DNA of 64,000 bases from Eledone cirrhosa (taxonomy: Eukaryota), in contig OZ024758.1 in NCBI GenBank assembly GCA_964016885.1, positions 38,874,001 to 38,938,000 of the forward strand. Reading direction: 5' to 3'. Under the pieces are notes generated by a model. That model worked only from the letters and a program-made list of their open reading frames with translations, had not been told where the DNA came from and searched no databases. Numbering within the stretch: the first letter of the stretch is position 1; each line of letters begins with the position of its first letter. Below are positions 1 to 14,100 of the stretch, piece by piece. Position numbers and translations under genes: made by a program.

Positions 1-761
1 TTAAGTTCATGGTACTAGCTGTCAGAAGTAACCCCAATGTTGGTGACAATTCATTTAAGTTCATGGTATTAGCTGTCAGAAGTCACTCCAATGTTGGTGA
101 GAATTCATTTAAGTTCATGGTATTAGCTGTCAGAAGTAACTCCACTGTTGGTGAGAATTCATTTAAGTTCATGGTATTAGCTGTCAGAAGTAACTCCACT
201 GTTGGTGAGAATTCATTTAAGTTCATGGTATTAGCTGTCAGAAGTAACTCCACTGTTGGTGAGAATTCATTTAAGTTCATGGTATTAGCTGTTAGATGGA
301 ACTCCAATGTTGGTGAGAATTCATTTAAGTCATGGTACTAGCTGTCAGAAGTAACTCCACTGTTGGTGAGAATTCATTTAAGTTCATGGTATTAGCTGTC
401 AGAAGGAACGCCACTGTTGGTGAGAATTCATTTAAGTTCATGGTATTAGCTGTCAGAAGTAACTCCACTGTTGGTGAGAATTCATTTAAGTTCATGGTAC
501 TAGCTGTCAGAAGTAACTCCAATGTTGGTGAGAATTCATTTAAGTTCATGGTATTAGCTGTCAGAAGGAACTCCACTGTTGCTGAGAATTCATTTAAGTT
601 CATGGTATTAGCTGTCAGAAGTAACTCCACTGTTGGTGAGAATTCATTTAAGTTCATGGTATTAGCTGTCAGAAGTAACTCCACTGTTGGTGAGAATTCA
701 TTTAAGTCATGGTATTAGCTGTCAGAAGTAACTCCATTGTTGGTGAGAATTCATTTAAGTC

Positions 762-1523
762 ATGGTACTAGCTGTCAGAAGTAACTCCACTGTTGGTGAG
801 AATTCATTTAAGTCATGGTATTTATTAGCTGTCAGAAGTAACACCAATGTTGGTGAGAATTCATTTAAGTTCATGGTATTAGCTGTCAGAAGTAACTCCA
901 CTGTTGGTGAGAATTCATTTAAGTTCATGGTATTAGCTGTCAGAAGTAACTCCACTGTTGGTGAGAATTCATTTAAGTTCATGGTACTAGCTGTCAGAAG
1001 TAACTCCACTGTTGTTGAGAATTCATTTAAGTTCATGGTATTAGTTTGTCAGAAGTAACTCCACTGTTGGTGAGAATTCATTTAAGTCATGGTATTAGTT
1101 GTCAGAAGTAACTCCAATGTTGGTGAGAATTCATTTAAGTTCATGGTACTAGCTGTCAGAAGTAACTCCACTGTTGGTGAGAATTCATTTAAGTCATGGT
1201 ATTTATTAGCTGTCAGAAGTAACACCAATGTTGGTGAGAATTCATTTAAGTTCATGGTATTAGCTGTCAGAAGTAACTCCACTGTTGGTGAGAATTCATT
1301 TAAGTTCATGGTATTAGCTGTCAGAAGTAACTCCACTGTTGGTGAGAATTCATTTAAGTTCATGGTACTAGCTGTCAGAAGTAACTCCACTGTTGTTGAG
1401 AATTCATTTAAGTTCATGGTATTAGTTTGTCAGAAGTAACTCCACTGTTGGTGAGAATTCATTTAAGTCATGGTATTAGTTGTCAGAAGTAACTCCACTG
1501 TTGGTGAGAATTCATTTAAGTTC
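762..1523 (+). repeat. Tandem duplication, 381-bp period (7 monomers)
   Basis: The rare variant series GTATTTATTAG/AACACC ... GTTGTTGAG ... AGTTTGTC ... AGTTGTC occurs twice. The ORF ends at 1058 and 1439 differ by 381. Confidence 0.85.
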
Positions 1524-4500
1524 ATGGTATTAGCTGTTAGATGGAACTCCAATGTTGGTGAGAATTCATTTAAGTTAATGGTATTAGCTGTCAGAAGTAA
1601 CTCCACTGTTGGTGAGAATTCATTTAAGTTCATGGTACTAGGTGTCAGAAGTAACTCCAATGTTGGTGAGAATTCATTTAAGTTCATGGTATTAGCTGTC
1701 AGAAGGAACTCCACTGTTGCTGAGAATTCATTTAAGTTCATGGTATTAGCTGTCAGAAGTAACTCCAATGTTGGTGAGAATTAATTTAAGTTCATGGTAT
1801 TAGCTGTCAGAAGTAACTCCACTGTTGGTGAGAATTCATTTAAGTTCATGGTATTAGCTGTCAGAAGTAACTCCACTGTTGGTGAGAATTCATTTAAGTC
1901 ATGGTATTAGCTGTCAGAAGTAACTCCAATGTTGGTGAGAATTTATCTAAGTTCATGGTATTAGCTGTCAGAAGTCACTCCACTGTTGGTGAGAATTCAT
2001 TTAAGTTCATGGTACTAGCTGTCAGAAGTAACCCCAATGTTGGTGAGAATTCATTTAAGTTCATGGTATTAGCTGTCAGAAGTCACTCCAATGTTGGTGA
2101 GAATTCATTTAAGTTCATGGTATTAGCTGTTAGATGGAACTCCAATGTTGGTGAGAATTCATTTAAGTCATGGTACTAGCTGTCAGAAGTAACTCCACTG
2201 TTGGTGAGAATTCATTTAAGTTCATGGTATCAGCTGTCAGAAGGAACGCCACTGTTGGTGAGAATTCATTTAAGTTCATGGTATTAGCTGTCAGAAGTAA
2301 CTCCACTGTTGGTGAGAATTCATTTAAGTTCATGGTACTAGCTGTCAGAAGTAACTCCAATGTTGGTGAGAATTCATTTAAGTTCATGGTATTAGCTGTC
2401 AGAAGGAACTCCACTGTTGCTGAGAATTCATTTAAGTTCATGGTATTAGCTGTCAGAAGTAACTCCACTGTTGGTGAGAATTCATTTAAGTTCATGGTAT
2501 TAGCTGTCAGAAGTAACTCCACTGTTGGTGAGAATTCATTTAAGTCATGGTATTAGCTGTCAGAAGTAACTCCATTGTTGGTGAGAATTCATTTAAGTCA
2601 TGGTACTAGCTGTCAGAAGTAACTCCAATGTTGGTGAGAATTCATTTAAGTCATGGTACTAGCTGTCAGAAGTAACTCCAATGTTGGTGAGAATTCATTT
2701 AAGTTCATGGTATTAGCTGTCAGAAGGAACTCCACTGTTGGTGAGAATTCATTTAAGTTCATGGTATTAGCTGTCAGAAGTAACTCCACTGTTGGTGAGA
2801 ATTCATTTAAGTTCATGGTATTAGCTGTCAGAAGTAACTCCACTGTTGGTGAGAATTCATTTAAGTTCATGGTACTAGCTGTCAGAAGTAACTCCACTGT
2901 TGTTGAGAATTCATTTAAGTTCATGGTATTAGTTTGTCAGAAGTAACTCCACTGTTGGTGAGAATTCATTTAAGTCATGGTATTAGTTGTCAGAAGTAAC
3001 TCCAATGTTGGTGAGAATTCATTTAAGTTCAGGGTACTAGCTGTCAGAAGTAACTCCACTGTTGGTGAGAATTCATTTAAGTCATGGTATTAGCTGTCAG
3101 AAGTAACTCCAATGTTGGTGAGAATTCATTTAAGTTCATGGTATTAGCTGTCAGAAGTCACTCCTCTGTTGGTGAGAATTCATTTAAGTTCATGGTACTA
3201 GCTGTCAGAAGTAACCCAATGTTGGTGAGAATTCATTTAAGTTCATGGTATTAGCTGTCAGAAGTCACTCCAATGTTGGTGAGAATTCATTTAAGTTCAT
3301 GGTATTAGCTGTCAGAAGTAACTCCACTGTTGGTGAGAATTCATTTAAGTTCATGGTATTAGCTGTCAGAAGTAACTCCACTGTTGGTGAGAATTCATTT
3401 AAGTTCATGGTATTAGCTGTCAGAAGTAACTCCACTGTTGGTGAGAATTCATTTAAGTTCATGGTATTAGCTGTCAGAAGGAACTCCAATGTTGGTGAGA
3501 ATTCATTTAAGTCATGGTACTAGCTGTCAGAAGTAACTCCACTGTTGGTGAGAATTCATTTAAGTTCATGGTATTAGCTGACAGAAGGAACGCCACTGTT
3601 GGTGAGAATTCATTTAAGTTCATGGTATTAGCTGTCAGAAGTAACTCCACTGTTGGTGAGAATTCATTTAAGTTCATGGTACTAGCTGTCAGAAGTAACT
3701 CCAATGTTGGTGAGAATTCATTTAAGTTCATGGTATTAGCTGTCAGAAGGAACTCCACTGTTGCTGAGAATGCATTTAAGTTCATGGTATTAGCTGTCAG
3801 AAGTAACTCCACTGTTGGTGAGAATTCATTTAAGTTCATGGTACTAGCTGTCAGAAGTAACTCCACTGTTGGTGAGAATTCATTTAAGTTCATGGTATTA
3901 GCTGTCAGAAGTCACTCCAATGTTGGTGAGAATTCATTTAAGTTCATGGTATTAGCTGTTAGATGGAACTCCAATGTTGGTGAGAATTCATTTAAGTTAA
4001 TGGTATTAGCTGTCAGAAGTAACTCCACTGTTGGTGAGAATTCATTTAAGTTCATGGTACTAGGTGTCAGAAGTAACTCCAATGTTGGTGAGAATTCATT
4101 TAAGTTCATGGTATTAGCTGTCAGAAGGAACTCCACTGTTGCTGAGAATTCATTTAAGTTCATGGTATTAGCTGTCAGAAGTAACTCCAATGTTGGTGAG
4201 AATTAATTTAAGTTCATGGTATTAGCTGTCAGAAGTAACTCCACTGTTGGTGAGAATTCATTTAAGTTCATGGTATTAGCTGTCAGAAGTAACTCCACTG
4301 TTGGTGAGAATTCATTTAAGTCATGGTATTAGCTGTCAGAAGTAACTCCAATGTTGGTGAGAATTTATCTAAGTTCATGGTATTAGCTGTCAGAAGTCAC
4401 TCCACTGTTGGTGAGAATTCATTTAAGTTCATGGTACTAGCTGTCAGAAGTAACCCCAATGTTGGTGAGAATTCATTTAAGTTCATGGTATTAGCTGTCA

Positions 4501-6367
4501 GAAGTCACTCCAATGTTGGTGAGAATTCATTTAAGTTCATGGTATTAGCTGTTAGATGGAACTCCAATGTTGGTGAGAATTCATTTAAGTCATGGTACTA
4601 GCTGTCAGAAGTAACTCCACTGTTGGTGAGAATTCATTTAAGTTCATGGTATCAGCTGTCAGAAGGAACGCCACTGTTGGTGAGAATTCATTTAAGTTCA
4701 TGGTATTAGCTGTCAGAAGTAACTCCACTGTTGGTGAGAATTCATTTAAGTTCATGGTACTAGCTGTCAGAAGTAACTCCAATGTTGGTGAGAATTCATT
4801 TAAGTTCATGGTATTAGCTGTCAGAAGGAACTCCACTGTTGCTGAGAATTCATTTAAGTTCATGGTATTAGCTGTCAGAAGTAACTCCACTGTTGGTGAG
4901 AATTCATTTAAGTTCATGGTATTAGCTGTCAGAAGTAACTCCACTGTTGGTGAGAATTCATTTAAGTCATGGTATTAGCTGTCAGAAGTAACTCCATTGT
5001 TGGTGAGAATTCATTTAAGTCATGGTACTAGCTGTCAGAAGTAACTCCAATGTTGGTGAGAATTCATTTAAGTCATGGTACTAGCTGTCAGAAGTAACTC
5101 CAATGTTGGTGAGAATTCATTTAAGTTCATGGTATTAGCTGTCAGAAGGAACTCCACTGTTGGTGAGAATTCATTTAAGTTCATGGTATTAGCTGTCAGA
5201 AGTAACTCCACTGTTGGTGAGAATTCATTTAAGTTCATGGTATTAGCTGTCAGAAGTAACTCCACTGTTGGTGAGAATTCATTTAAGTTCATGGTACTAG
5301 CTGTCAGAAGTAACTCCACTGTTGTTGAGAATTCATTTAAGTTCATGGTATTAGTTTGTCAGAAGTAACTCCACTGTTGGTGAGAATTCATTTAAGTCAT
5401 GGTATTAGTTGTCAGAAGTAACTCCAATGTTGGTGAGAATTCATTTAAGTTCAGGGTACTAGCTGTCAGAAGTAACTCCACTGTTGGTGAGAATTCATTT
5501 AAGTCATGGTATTAGCTGTCAGAAGTAACTCCAATGTTGGTGAGAATTCATTTAAGTTCATGGTATTAGCTGTCAGAAGTCACTCCTCTGTTGGTGAGAA
5601 TTCATTTAAGTTCATGGTACTAGCTGTCAGAAGTAACCCAATGTTGGTGAGAATTCATTTAAGTTCATGGTATTAGCTGTCAGAAGTCACTCCAATGTTG
5701 GTGAGAATTCATTTAAGTTCATGGTATTAGCTGTCAGAAGTAACTCCACTGTTGGTGAGAATTCATTTAAGTTCATGGTATTAGCTGTCAGAAGTAACTC
5801 CACTGTTGGTGAGAATTCATTTAAGTTCATGGTATTAGCTGTCAGAAGTAACTCCACTGTTGGTGAGAATTCATTTAAGTTCATGGTATTAGCTGTCAGA
5901 AGGAACTCCAATGTTGGTGAGAATTCATTTAAGTCATGGTACTAGCTGTCAGAAGTAACTCCACTGTTGGTGAGAATTCATTTAAGTTCATGGTATTAGC
6001 TGACAGAAGGAACGCCACTGTTGGTGAGAATTCATTTAAGTTCATGGTATTAGCTGTCAGAAGTAACTCCACTGTTGGTGAGAATTCATTTAAGTTCATG
6101 GTACTAGCTGTCAGAAGTAACTCCAATGTTGGTGAGAATTCATTTAAGTTCATGGTATTAGCTGTCAGAAGGAACTCCACTGTTGCTGAGAATGCATTTA
6201 AGTTCATGGTATTAGCTGTCAGAAGTAACTCCACTGTTGGTGAGAATTCATTTAAGTTCATGGTACTAGCTGTCAGAAGTAACTCCACTGTTGGTGAGAA
6301 TTCATTTAAGTTCATGGTATTAGCTGTCAGAAGTCACTCCAATGTTGGTGAGAATTCATTTAAGTTC
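1524..6367 (+). repeat. Tandem duplication, 2422-bp period (45 monomers)
   Basis: ORF pairs 1901/4323, 2170/4592, 2653/5075, 3245/5667 and 3514/5936 are all offset by 2422. Shared rare variants are TTCAGGGTAC (3031/5453), ATTTATCTAA (1941/4363) and CTCCTCTG (3161/5583). Confidence 0.93.
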
Positions 6368-8196
6368 ATGGTATTAGCTGTTAGATGGAACTCCAATGTT
6401 GGTGAGAATTCATTTAAGTCATGGTACTAGCTGTCAGAAGTAACTCCACTGTTGGTGAGAATTCATTTAAGTTCATGGTATCAGCTGTCAGAAGGAACGC
6501 CACTGTTGGTGAGAATTCATTTAAGTTCATGGTATTAGCTGTCAGAAGTAACTCCACTGTTGGTGAGAATTCATTTAAGTTCATGGTACTAGCTGTCAGA
6601 AGTAACTCCAATGTTGGTGAGAATTCATTTAAGTTCATGGTATTAGCTGTCAGAAGGAACTCCACTGTTGCTGAGAATTCATTTAAGTTCATGGTATTAG
6701 CTGTCAGAAGTAACTCCACTGTTGGTGAGAATTCATTTAAGTTCATGGTATTAGCTGTCAGAAGTAACTCCACTGTTGGTGAGAATTCATTTAAGTCATG
6801 GTATTAGCTGTCAGAAGTAACTCCATTGTTGGTGAGAATTCATTTAAGTCATGGTACTAGCTGTCAGAAGTAACTCCAATGTTGGTGAGAATTCATTTAA
6901 GTCATGGTACTAGCTGTCAGAAGTAACTCCAATGTTGGTGAGAATTCATTTAAGTTCATGGTATTAGCTGTCAGAAGGAACTCCACTGTTGGTGAGAATT
7001 CATTTAAGTTCATGGTATTAGCTGTCAGAAGTAACTCCACTGTTGGTGAGAATTCATTTAAGTTCATGGTATTAGCTGTCAGAAGTAACTCCACTGTTGG
7101 TGAGAATTCATTTAAGTTCATGGTACTAGCTGTCAGAAGTAACTCCACTGTTGTTGAGAATTCATTTAAGTTCATGGTATTAGTTTGTCAGAAGTAACTC
7201 CACTGTTGGTGAGAATTCATTTAAGTCATGGTATTAGTTGTCAGAAGTAACTCCAATGTTGGTGAGAATTCATTTAAGTTCAGGGTACTAGCTGTCAGAA
7301 GTAACTCCACTGTTGGTGAGAATTCATTTAAGTCATGGTATTAGCTGTCAGAAGTAACTCCAATGTTGGTGAGAATTCATTTAAGTTCATGGTATTAGCT
7401 GTCAGAAGTCACTCCTCTGTTGGTGAGAATTCATTTAAGTTCATGGTACTAGCTGTCAGAAGTAACCCAATGTTGGTGAGAATTCATTTAAGTTCATGGT
7501 ATTAGCTGTCAGAAGTCACTCCAATGTTGGTGAGAATTCATTTAAGTTCATGGTATTAGCTGTCAGAAGTAACTCCACTGTTGGTGAGAATTCATTTAAG
7601 TTCATGGTATTAGCTGTCAGAAGTAACTCCACTGTTGGTGAGAATTCATTTAAGTTCATGGTATTAGCTGTCAGAAGTAACTCCACTGTTGGTGAGAATT
7701 CATTTAAGTTCATGGTATTAGCTGTCAGAAGGAACTCCAATGTTGGTGAGAATTCATTTAAGTCATGGTACTAGCTGTCAGAAGTAACTCCACTGTTGGT
7801 GAGAATTCATTTAAGTTCATGGTATTAGCTGACAGAAGGAACGCCACTGTTGGTGAGAATTCATTTAAGTTCATGGTATTAGCTGTCAGAAGTAACTCCA
7901 CTGTTGGTGAGAATTCATTTAAGTTCATGGTACTAGCTGTCAGAAGTAACTCCAATGTTGGTGAGAATTCATTTAAGTTCATGGTATTAGCTGTCAGAAG
8001 GAACTCCACTGTTGCTGAGAATGCATTTAAGTTCATGGTATTAGCTGTCAGAAGTAACTCCACTGTTGGTGAGAATTCATTTAAGTTCATGGTACTAGCT
8101 GTCAGAAGTAACTCCACTGTTGGTGAGAATTCATTTAAGTTCATGGTATTAGCTGTCAGAAGTCACTCCAATGTTGGTGAGAATTCATTTAAGTTC
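4485..8196 (+). repeat. Tandem duplication, 1829-bp period (34 monomers); third, shortened copy of the preceding unit
   Basis: ORF pairs 4592/6421, 5075/6904, 5667/7496 and 5936/7765 are offset by 1829. TTCAGGGTAC lies at 5453/7282 and CTCCTCTG at 5583/7412. Confidence 0.92.
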
Positions 8197-11100
8197 ATGG
8201 TATTAGCTGTCAGAAGTCACTCCACTGTTGGTGAGAATTCATTTAAGTTCATGGTACTAGCTGTCAGAAGTAACCCCAATGTTGGTGAGAATTCATTTAA
8301 GTTCATGGTATTAGCTGTCAGAAGTCACTCCAATGTTGGTGAGAATTCATTTAAGTTCATGGTATTAGCTGTCAGAAGTAACTCCACTGTTGGTGAGAAT
8401 TCATTTAAGTTCATGGTATTAGCTGTCAGAAGTAACTCCACTGTTGGTGAGAATTCATTTAAGTTCATGGTATTAGCTGTCAGAAGGAACTCCACTGTTG
8501 GTGAGAATTCATTTAAGTTCATGGTACTAGCTGTCAGAAGTAACTCCACTGTTGGTGAGAATTCATTTAAGTTCATGGTATTAGTTTGTCAGAAGTAACT
8601 CCACTGTTGGTGAGAATTCATTTAAGTCATGGTACTAGCTGTCAGAAGTAACTCCACTGTTGGTGAGAATTCATTTAAGTTCATGGTATTAGCTGTCAGA
8701 AGTAACTCCACTGTTGGTGAGAATTCATTTAAGTTCATGGTATTAGCTGTCAGAAGTAACTCCACTGTTGGTGAGAATTCATTTAAGTTCATGGTATTAG
8801 CTGTTAGATGGAACTCCAATGTTGGTGAGAATTCATTTAAGTCATGGTACTAGCTGTCAGAAGTAACTCCACTGTTGGTGAGAATTCATTTAAGTTCATG
8901 GTATTAGCTGTCAGAAGGAACGCCACTGTTGGTGAGAATTCATTTAAGTTAATGGTATTAGCTGTCAGAAGTAACTCCACTGTTGGTGAGAATTCATTTA
9001 AGTTCATGGTACTAGGTGTCAGAAGTAACTCCAATGTTGGTGAGAATTCATTTAAGTTCATGGTATTAGCTGTCAGAAGTAACTCCAATGTTGGTGAGAA
9101 TTCATTTAAGTTCATGGTATTAGCTGTCAGAAGTAACTCCACTGTTGGTGAGAATTCATTTAAGTTCATGGTATTAGCTGTCAGAAGTAACTCCACTGTT
9201 GGTGAGAATTCATTTAAGTCATGGTATTAGCTGTCAGAAGTAACTCCAATGTTGGTGAGAATTTATTTAAGTTCATGGTATTAGCTGTCAGAAGTCACTC
9301 CACTGTTGGTGAGAATTCATTTAAGTTCATGGTACTAGCTGTCAGAAGTAACCCCAATGTTGGTGAGAATTCATTTAAGTCATGGTACTAGCTGTCAGAA
9401 GTAACTCCAATGTTGGTGAGAATTCATTTAAGTTCATGGTATTAGCTGTCAGAAGGAACTCCACTGTTGGTGAGAATTCATTTAAGTTCATGGTATTAGC
9501 TGTCAGAAGTAACTCCACTGTTGGTGAGAATTCATTTAAGTTCATGGTATTAGCTGTCAGAAGTAACTCCACTGTTGGTGAGAATTCATTTAAGTTCATG
9601 GTACTAGCTGTCAGAAGTAACTCCAATGTTGGTGAGAATTCATTTAAGTTCATGGTATTAGCTGTCAGAAGTAACTCCACTGTTGGTGAGAATTCATTTA
9701 AGTCATGGTATTTATTAGCTGTCAGAAGTAACACCAATGTTGGTGAGAATTCATTTAAGTTCATGGTATTAGCTGTCAGAAGTAACTCCACTGTTGGTGA
9801 GAATTCATTTAAGTTCATGGTATTAGCTGTCAGAAGTAACTCCACTGTTGGTGAGAATTCATTTAAGTTCATGGTACTAGCTGTCAGAAGTAACTCCACT
9901 GTTGTTGAGAATTCATTTAAGTTCATGGTATTAGTTTGTCAGAAGTAACTCCACTGTTGGTGAGAATTCATTTAAGTCATGGTATTAGTTGTCAGAAGTA
10001 ACTCCAATGTTGGTGAGAATTCATTTAAGTTCATGGTACTAGCTGTCAGAAGTAACTCCACTGTTGGTGAGAATTCATTTAAGTCATGGTATTAGCTGTC
10101 AGAAGTAACTCCAATGTTGGTGAGAATTCATTTAAGTTCATGGTATTAGCTGTCAGAAGTCACTCCACTGTTGGTGAGAATTCATTTAAGTTCATGGTAC
10201 TAGCTGTCAGAAGTAACCCAATGTTGGTGAGAATTCATTTAAGTTCATGGTATTAGCTGTCAGAAGTCACTCCAATGTTGGTGAGAATTCATTTAAGTTC
10301 ATGGTATTAGCTGTCAGAAGTAACTCCACTGTTGGTGAGAATTCATTTAAGTTCATGGTATTAGCTGTCAGAAGTAACTCCACTGTTGGTGAGAATTCAT
10401 TTAAGTTCATGGTATTAGCTGTCAGAAGTAACTCCACTGTTGGTGAGAATTCATTTAAGTTCATGGTATTAGCTGTCAGAAGGAACTCCAATGTTGGTGA
10501 GAATTCATTTAAGTCATGGTATTAGCTGACAGAAGGAACGCCACTGTTGGTGAGAATTCATTTAAGTTCATGGTATTAGCTGTCAGAAGTAACTCCACTG
10601 TTGGTGAGAATTCATTTAAGTTCATGGTACTAGCTGTCAGAAGTAACTCCAATGTTGGTGAGAATTCATTTAAGTTCATGGTATTAGCTGTCAGAAGGAA
10701 CTCCACTGTTGCTGAGAATGCATTTAAGTTCATGGTATTAGCTGTCAGAAGTAACTCCACTGTTGGTGAGAATTCATTTAAGTTCATGGTACTAGCTGTC
10801 AGAAGTAACTCCACTGTTGGTGAGAATTCATTTAAGTTCATGGTATTAGCTGTCAGAAGTCACTCCAATGTTGGTGAGAATTCATTTAAGTTCATGGTAT
10901 TAGCTGTCAGAAGTCACTCCACTGTTGGTGAGAATTCATTTAAGTTCATGGTACTAGCTGTCAGAAGTAACCCCAATGTTGGTGAGAATTCATTTAAGTT
11001 CATGGTATTAGCTGTCAGAAGTCACTCCAATGTTGGTGAGAATTCATTTAAGTTCATGGTATTAGCTGTCAGAAGTAACTCCACTGTTGGTGAGAATTCA

Positions 11101-14100
11101 TTTAAGTTCATGGTATTAGCTGTCAGAAGTAACTCCACTGTTGGTGAGAATTCATTTAAGTTCATGGTATTAGCTGTCAGAAGGAACTCCACTGTTGGTG
11201 AGAATTCATTTAAGTTCATGGTACTAGCTGTCAGAAGTAACTCCACTGTTGGTGAGAATTCATTTAAGTTCATGGTATTAGTTTGTCAGAAGTAACTCCA
11301 CTGTTGGTGAGAATTCATTTAAGTCATGGTACTAGCTGTCAGAAGTAACTCCACTGTTGGTGAGAATTCATTTAAGTTCATGGTATTAGCTGTCAGAAGT
11401 AACTCCACTGTTGGTGAGAATTCATTTAAGTTCATGGTATTAGCTGTCAGAAGTAACTCCACTGTTGGTGAGAATTCATTTAAGTTCATGGTATTAGCTG
11501 TTAGATGGAACTCCAATGTTGGTGAGAATTCATTTAAGTCATGGTACTAGCTGTCAGAAGTAACTCCACTGTTGGTGAGAATTCATTTAAGTTCATGGTA
11601 TTAGCTGTCAGAAGGAACGCCACTGTTGGTGAGAATTCATTTAAGTTAATGGTATTAGCTGTCAGAAGTAACTCCACTGTTGGTGAGAATTCATTTAAGT
11701 TCATGGTACTAGGTGTCAGAAGTAACTCCAATGTTGGTGAGAATTCATTTAAGTTCATGGTATTAGCTGTCAGAAGGAACTCCACTGTTGCTGAGAATTC
11801 ATTTAAGTTCATGGTATTAGCTGTCAGAAGTAACTCCAATGTTGGTGAGAATTCATTTAAGTTCATGGTATTAGCTGTCAGAAGTAACTCCACTGTTGGT
11901 GAGAATTCATTTAAGTTCATGGTATTAGCTGTCAGAAGTAACTCCACTGTTGGTGAGAATTCATTTAAGTCATGGTATTAGCTGTCAGAAGTAACTCCAA
12001 TGTTGGTGAGAATTTATTTAAGTTCATGGTATTAGCTGTCAGAAGTCACTCCACTGTTGGTGAGAATTCATTTAAGTTCATGGTACTAGCTGTCAGAAGT
12101 AACCCCAATGTTGGTGAGAATTCATTTAAGTTCATGGTACTAGCTGTCAGAAGTAACCCCAATGTTGGTGAGAATTCATTTAAGTTCATGGTATTAGCTG
12201 TCAGAAGTCACTCCAATGTTGGTGAGAATTCATTTAAGTTCATGGTATTAGCTGTCAGAAGTAACTCCACTGTTGGTGAGAATTCATTTAAGTTCATGGT
12301 ATTAGCTGTCAGACGTAACTCCACTGTTGGTGAGAATTCATTTAAGTTCATGGTATTAGCTGTTAGATGGAACTCCAATGTTGGTGAGAATTCATTTAAG
12401 TCATGGTACTAGCTGTCAGAAGTAACTCCACTGTTGGTGAGAATTCATTTAAGTTCATGGTATTAGCTGTCAGAAGGAACGCCACTGTTGGTGAGAATTC
12501 ATTTAAGTTAATGGTATTAGCTGTCAGAAGTAACTCCACTGTTGGTGAGAATTCATTTAAGTTCATGGTACTAGGTGTCAGAAGTAACTCCAATGTTGGT
12601 GAGAATTCATTTAAGTTCATGGTATTAGCTGTCAGAAGGAACTCCACTGTTGCTGAGAATTCATTTAAGTTCATGGTATTAGCTGTCAGAAGTAACTCCA
12701 ATGTTGGTGAGAATTCATTTAAGTTCATGGTATTAGCTGTCAGAAGTAACTCCACTGTTGGTGAGAATTCATTTAAGTTCATGGTATTAGCTGTCAGAAG
12801 TAACTCCACTGTTGGTGAGAATTCATTTAAGTCATGGTATTAGCTGTCAGAAGTAACTCCAATGTTGGTGAGAATTTATTTAAGTTCATGGTATTAGCTG
12901 TCAGAAGTCACTCCACTGTTGGTGAGAATTCATTTAAGTTCATGGTACTAGCTGTCAGAAGTAACCCCAATGTTGGTGAGAATTCATTTAAGTTCATGGT
13001 ATTAGCTGTCAGAAGTCACTCCAATGTTGGTGAGAATTCATTTAAGTTCATGGTATTAGCTGTCAGAAGTAACTCCACTGTTGGTGAGAATTCATTTAAG
13101 TTCATGGTATTAGCTGTCAGAAGTAACTCCACTGTTGGTGAGAATTCATTTAAGTTCATGGTATTAGCTGTCAGAAGTAACTCCACTGTTGGTGAGAATT
13201 CATTTAAGTTCATGGTACTAGCTGTCAGAAGTAACTCCAATGTTGGTGAGAATTCATTTAAGTTCATGGTATTAGCTGTCAGAAGTAACTCCACTGTTGG
13301 TGAGAATTCATTTAAGTCATGGTATTTATTAGCTGTCAGAAGTAACACCAATGTTGGTGAGAATTCATTTAAGTTCATGGTATTAGCTGTCAGAAGTAAC
13401 TCCACTGTTGGTGAGAATTCATTTAAGTTCATGGTATTAGCTGTCAGAAGTAACTCCACTGTTGGTGAGAATTCATTTAAGTTCATGGTACTAGCTGTCA
13501 GAAGTAACTCCACTGTTGTTGAGAATTCATTTAAGTTCATGGTATTAGTTTGTCAGAAGTAACTCCACTGTTGGTGAGAATTCATTTAAGTCATGGTATT
13601 AGTTGTCAGAAGTAACTCCAATGTTGGTGAGAATTCATTTAAGTTCATGGTACTAGCTGTCAGAAGTAACTCCACTGTTGGTGAGAATTCATTTAAGTCA
13701 TGGTATTAGCTGTCAGAAGTAACTCCAATGTTGGTGAGAATTCATTTAAGTTCATGGTATTAGCTGTCAGAAGTCACTCCACTGTTGGTGAGAATTCATT
13801 TAAGTTCATGGTACTAGCTGTCAGAAGTAACCCAATGTTGGTGAGAATTCATTTAAGTTCATGGTATTAGCTGTCAGAAGTCACTCCAATGTTGGTGAGA
13901 ATTCATTTAAGTTCATGGTATTAGCTGTCAGAAGTAATTCCACTGTTGGTGAGAATTCATTTAAGTTCATGGTATTAGCTGTCAGAAGTAACTCCACTGT
14001 TGGTGAGAATTCATTTAAGTTCATGGTATTAGCTGTCAGAAGTAACTCCACTGTTGGTGAGAATTCATTTAAGTTCATGGTATTAGCTGTCAGAAGGAAC

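Noticed and set aside
117-170. Internal 18-bp sub-repeat origin of the monomer (3 x 18; CTGT twice, TTCAT twice 10 bp apart)
   Set aside because: Adjacent thirds match at only 7/18 and 5/18 positions, which is not convincing for AT-rich DNA.
3514-4206. Resemblance of TVGENSF/TVAENAF to the IGxxAF motif of BspA/TpLRR leucine-rich repeats
   Set aside because: The unit is 18 aa rather than about 23, lacks the LxxIxIP segment, and shows no sign of coding constraint. An HMM search with Pfam LRR_5 would settle it, and I expect no significant hit.
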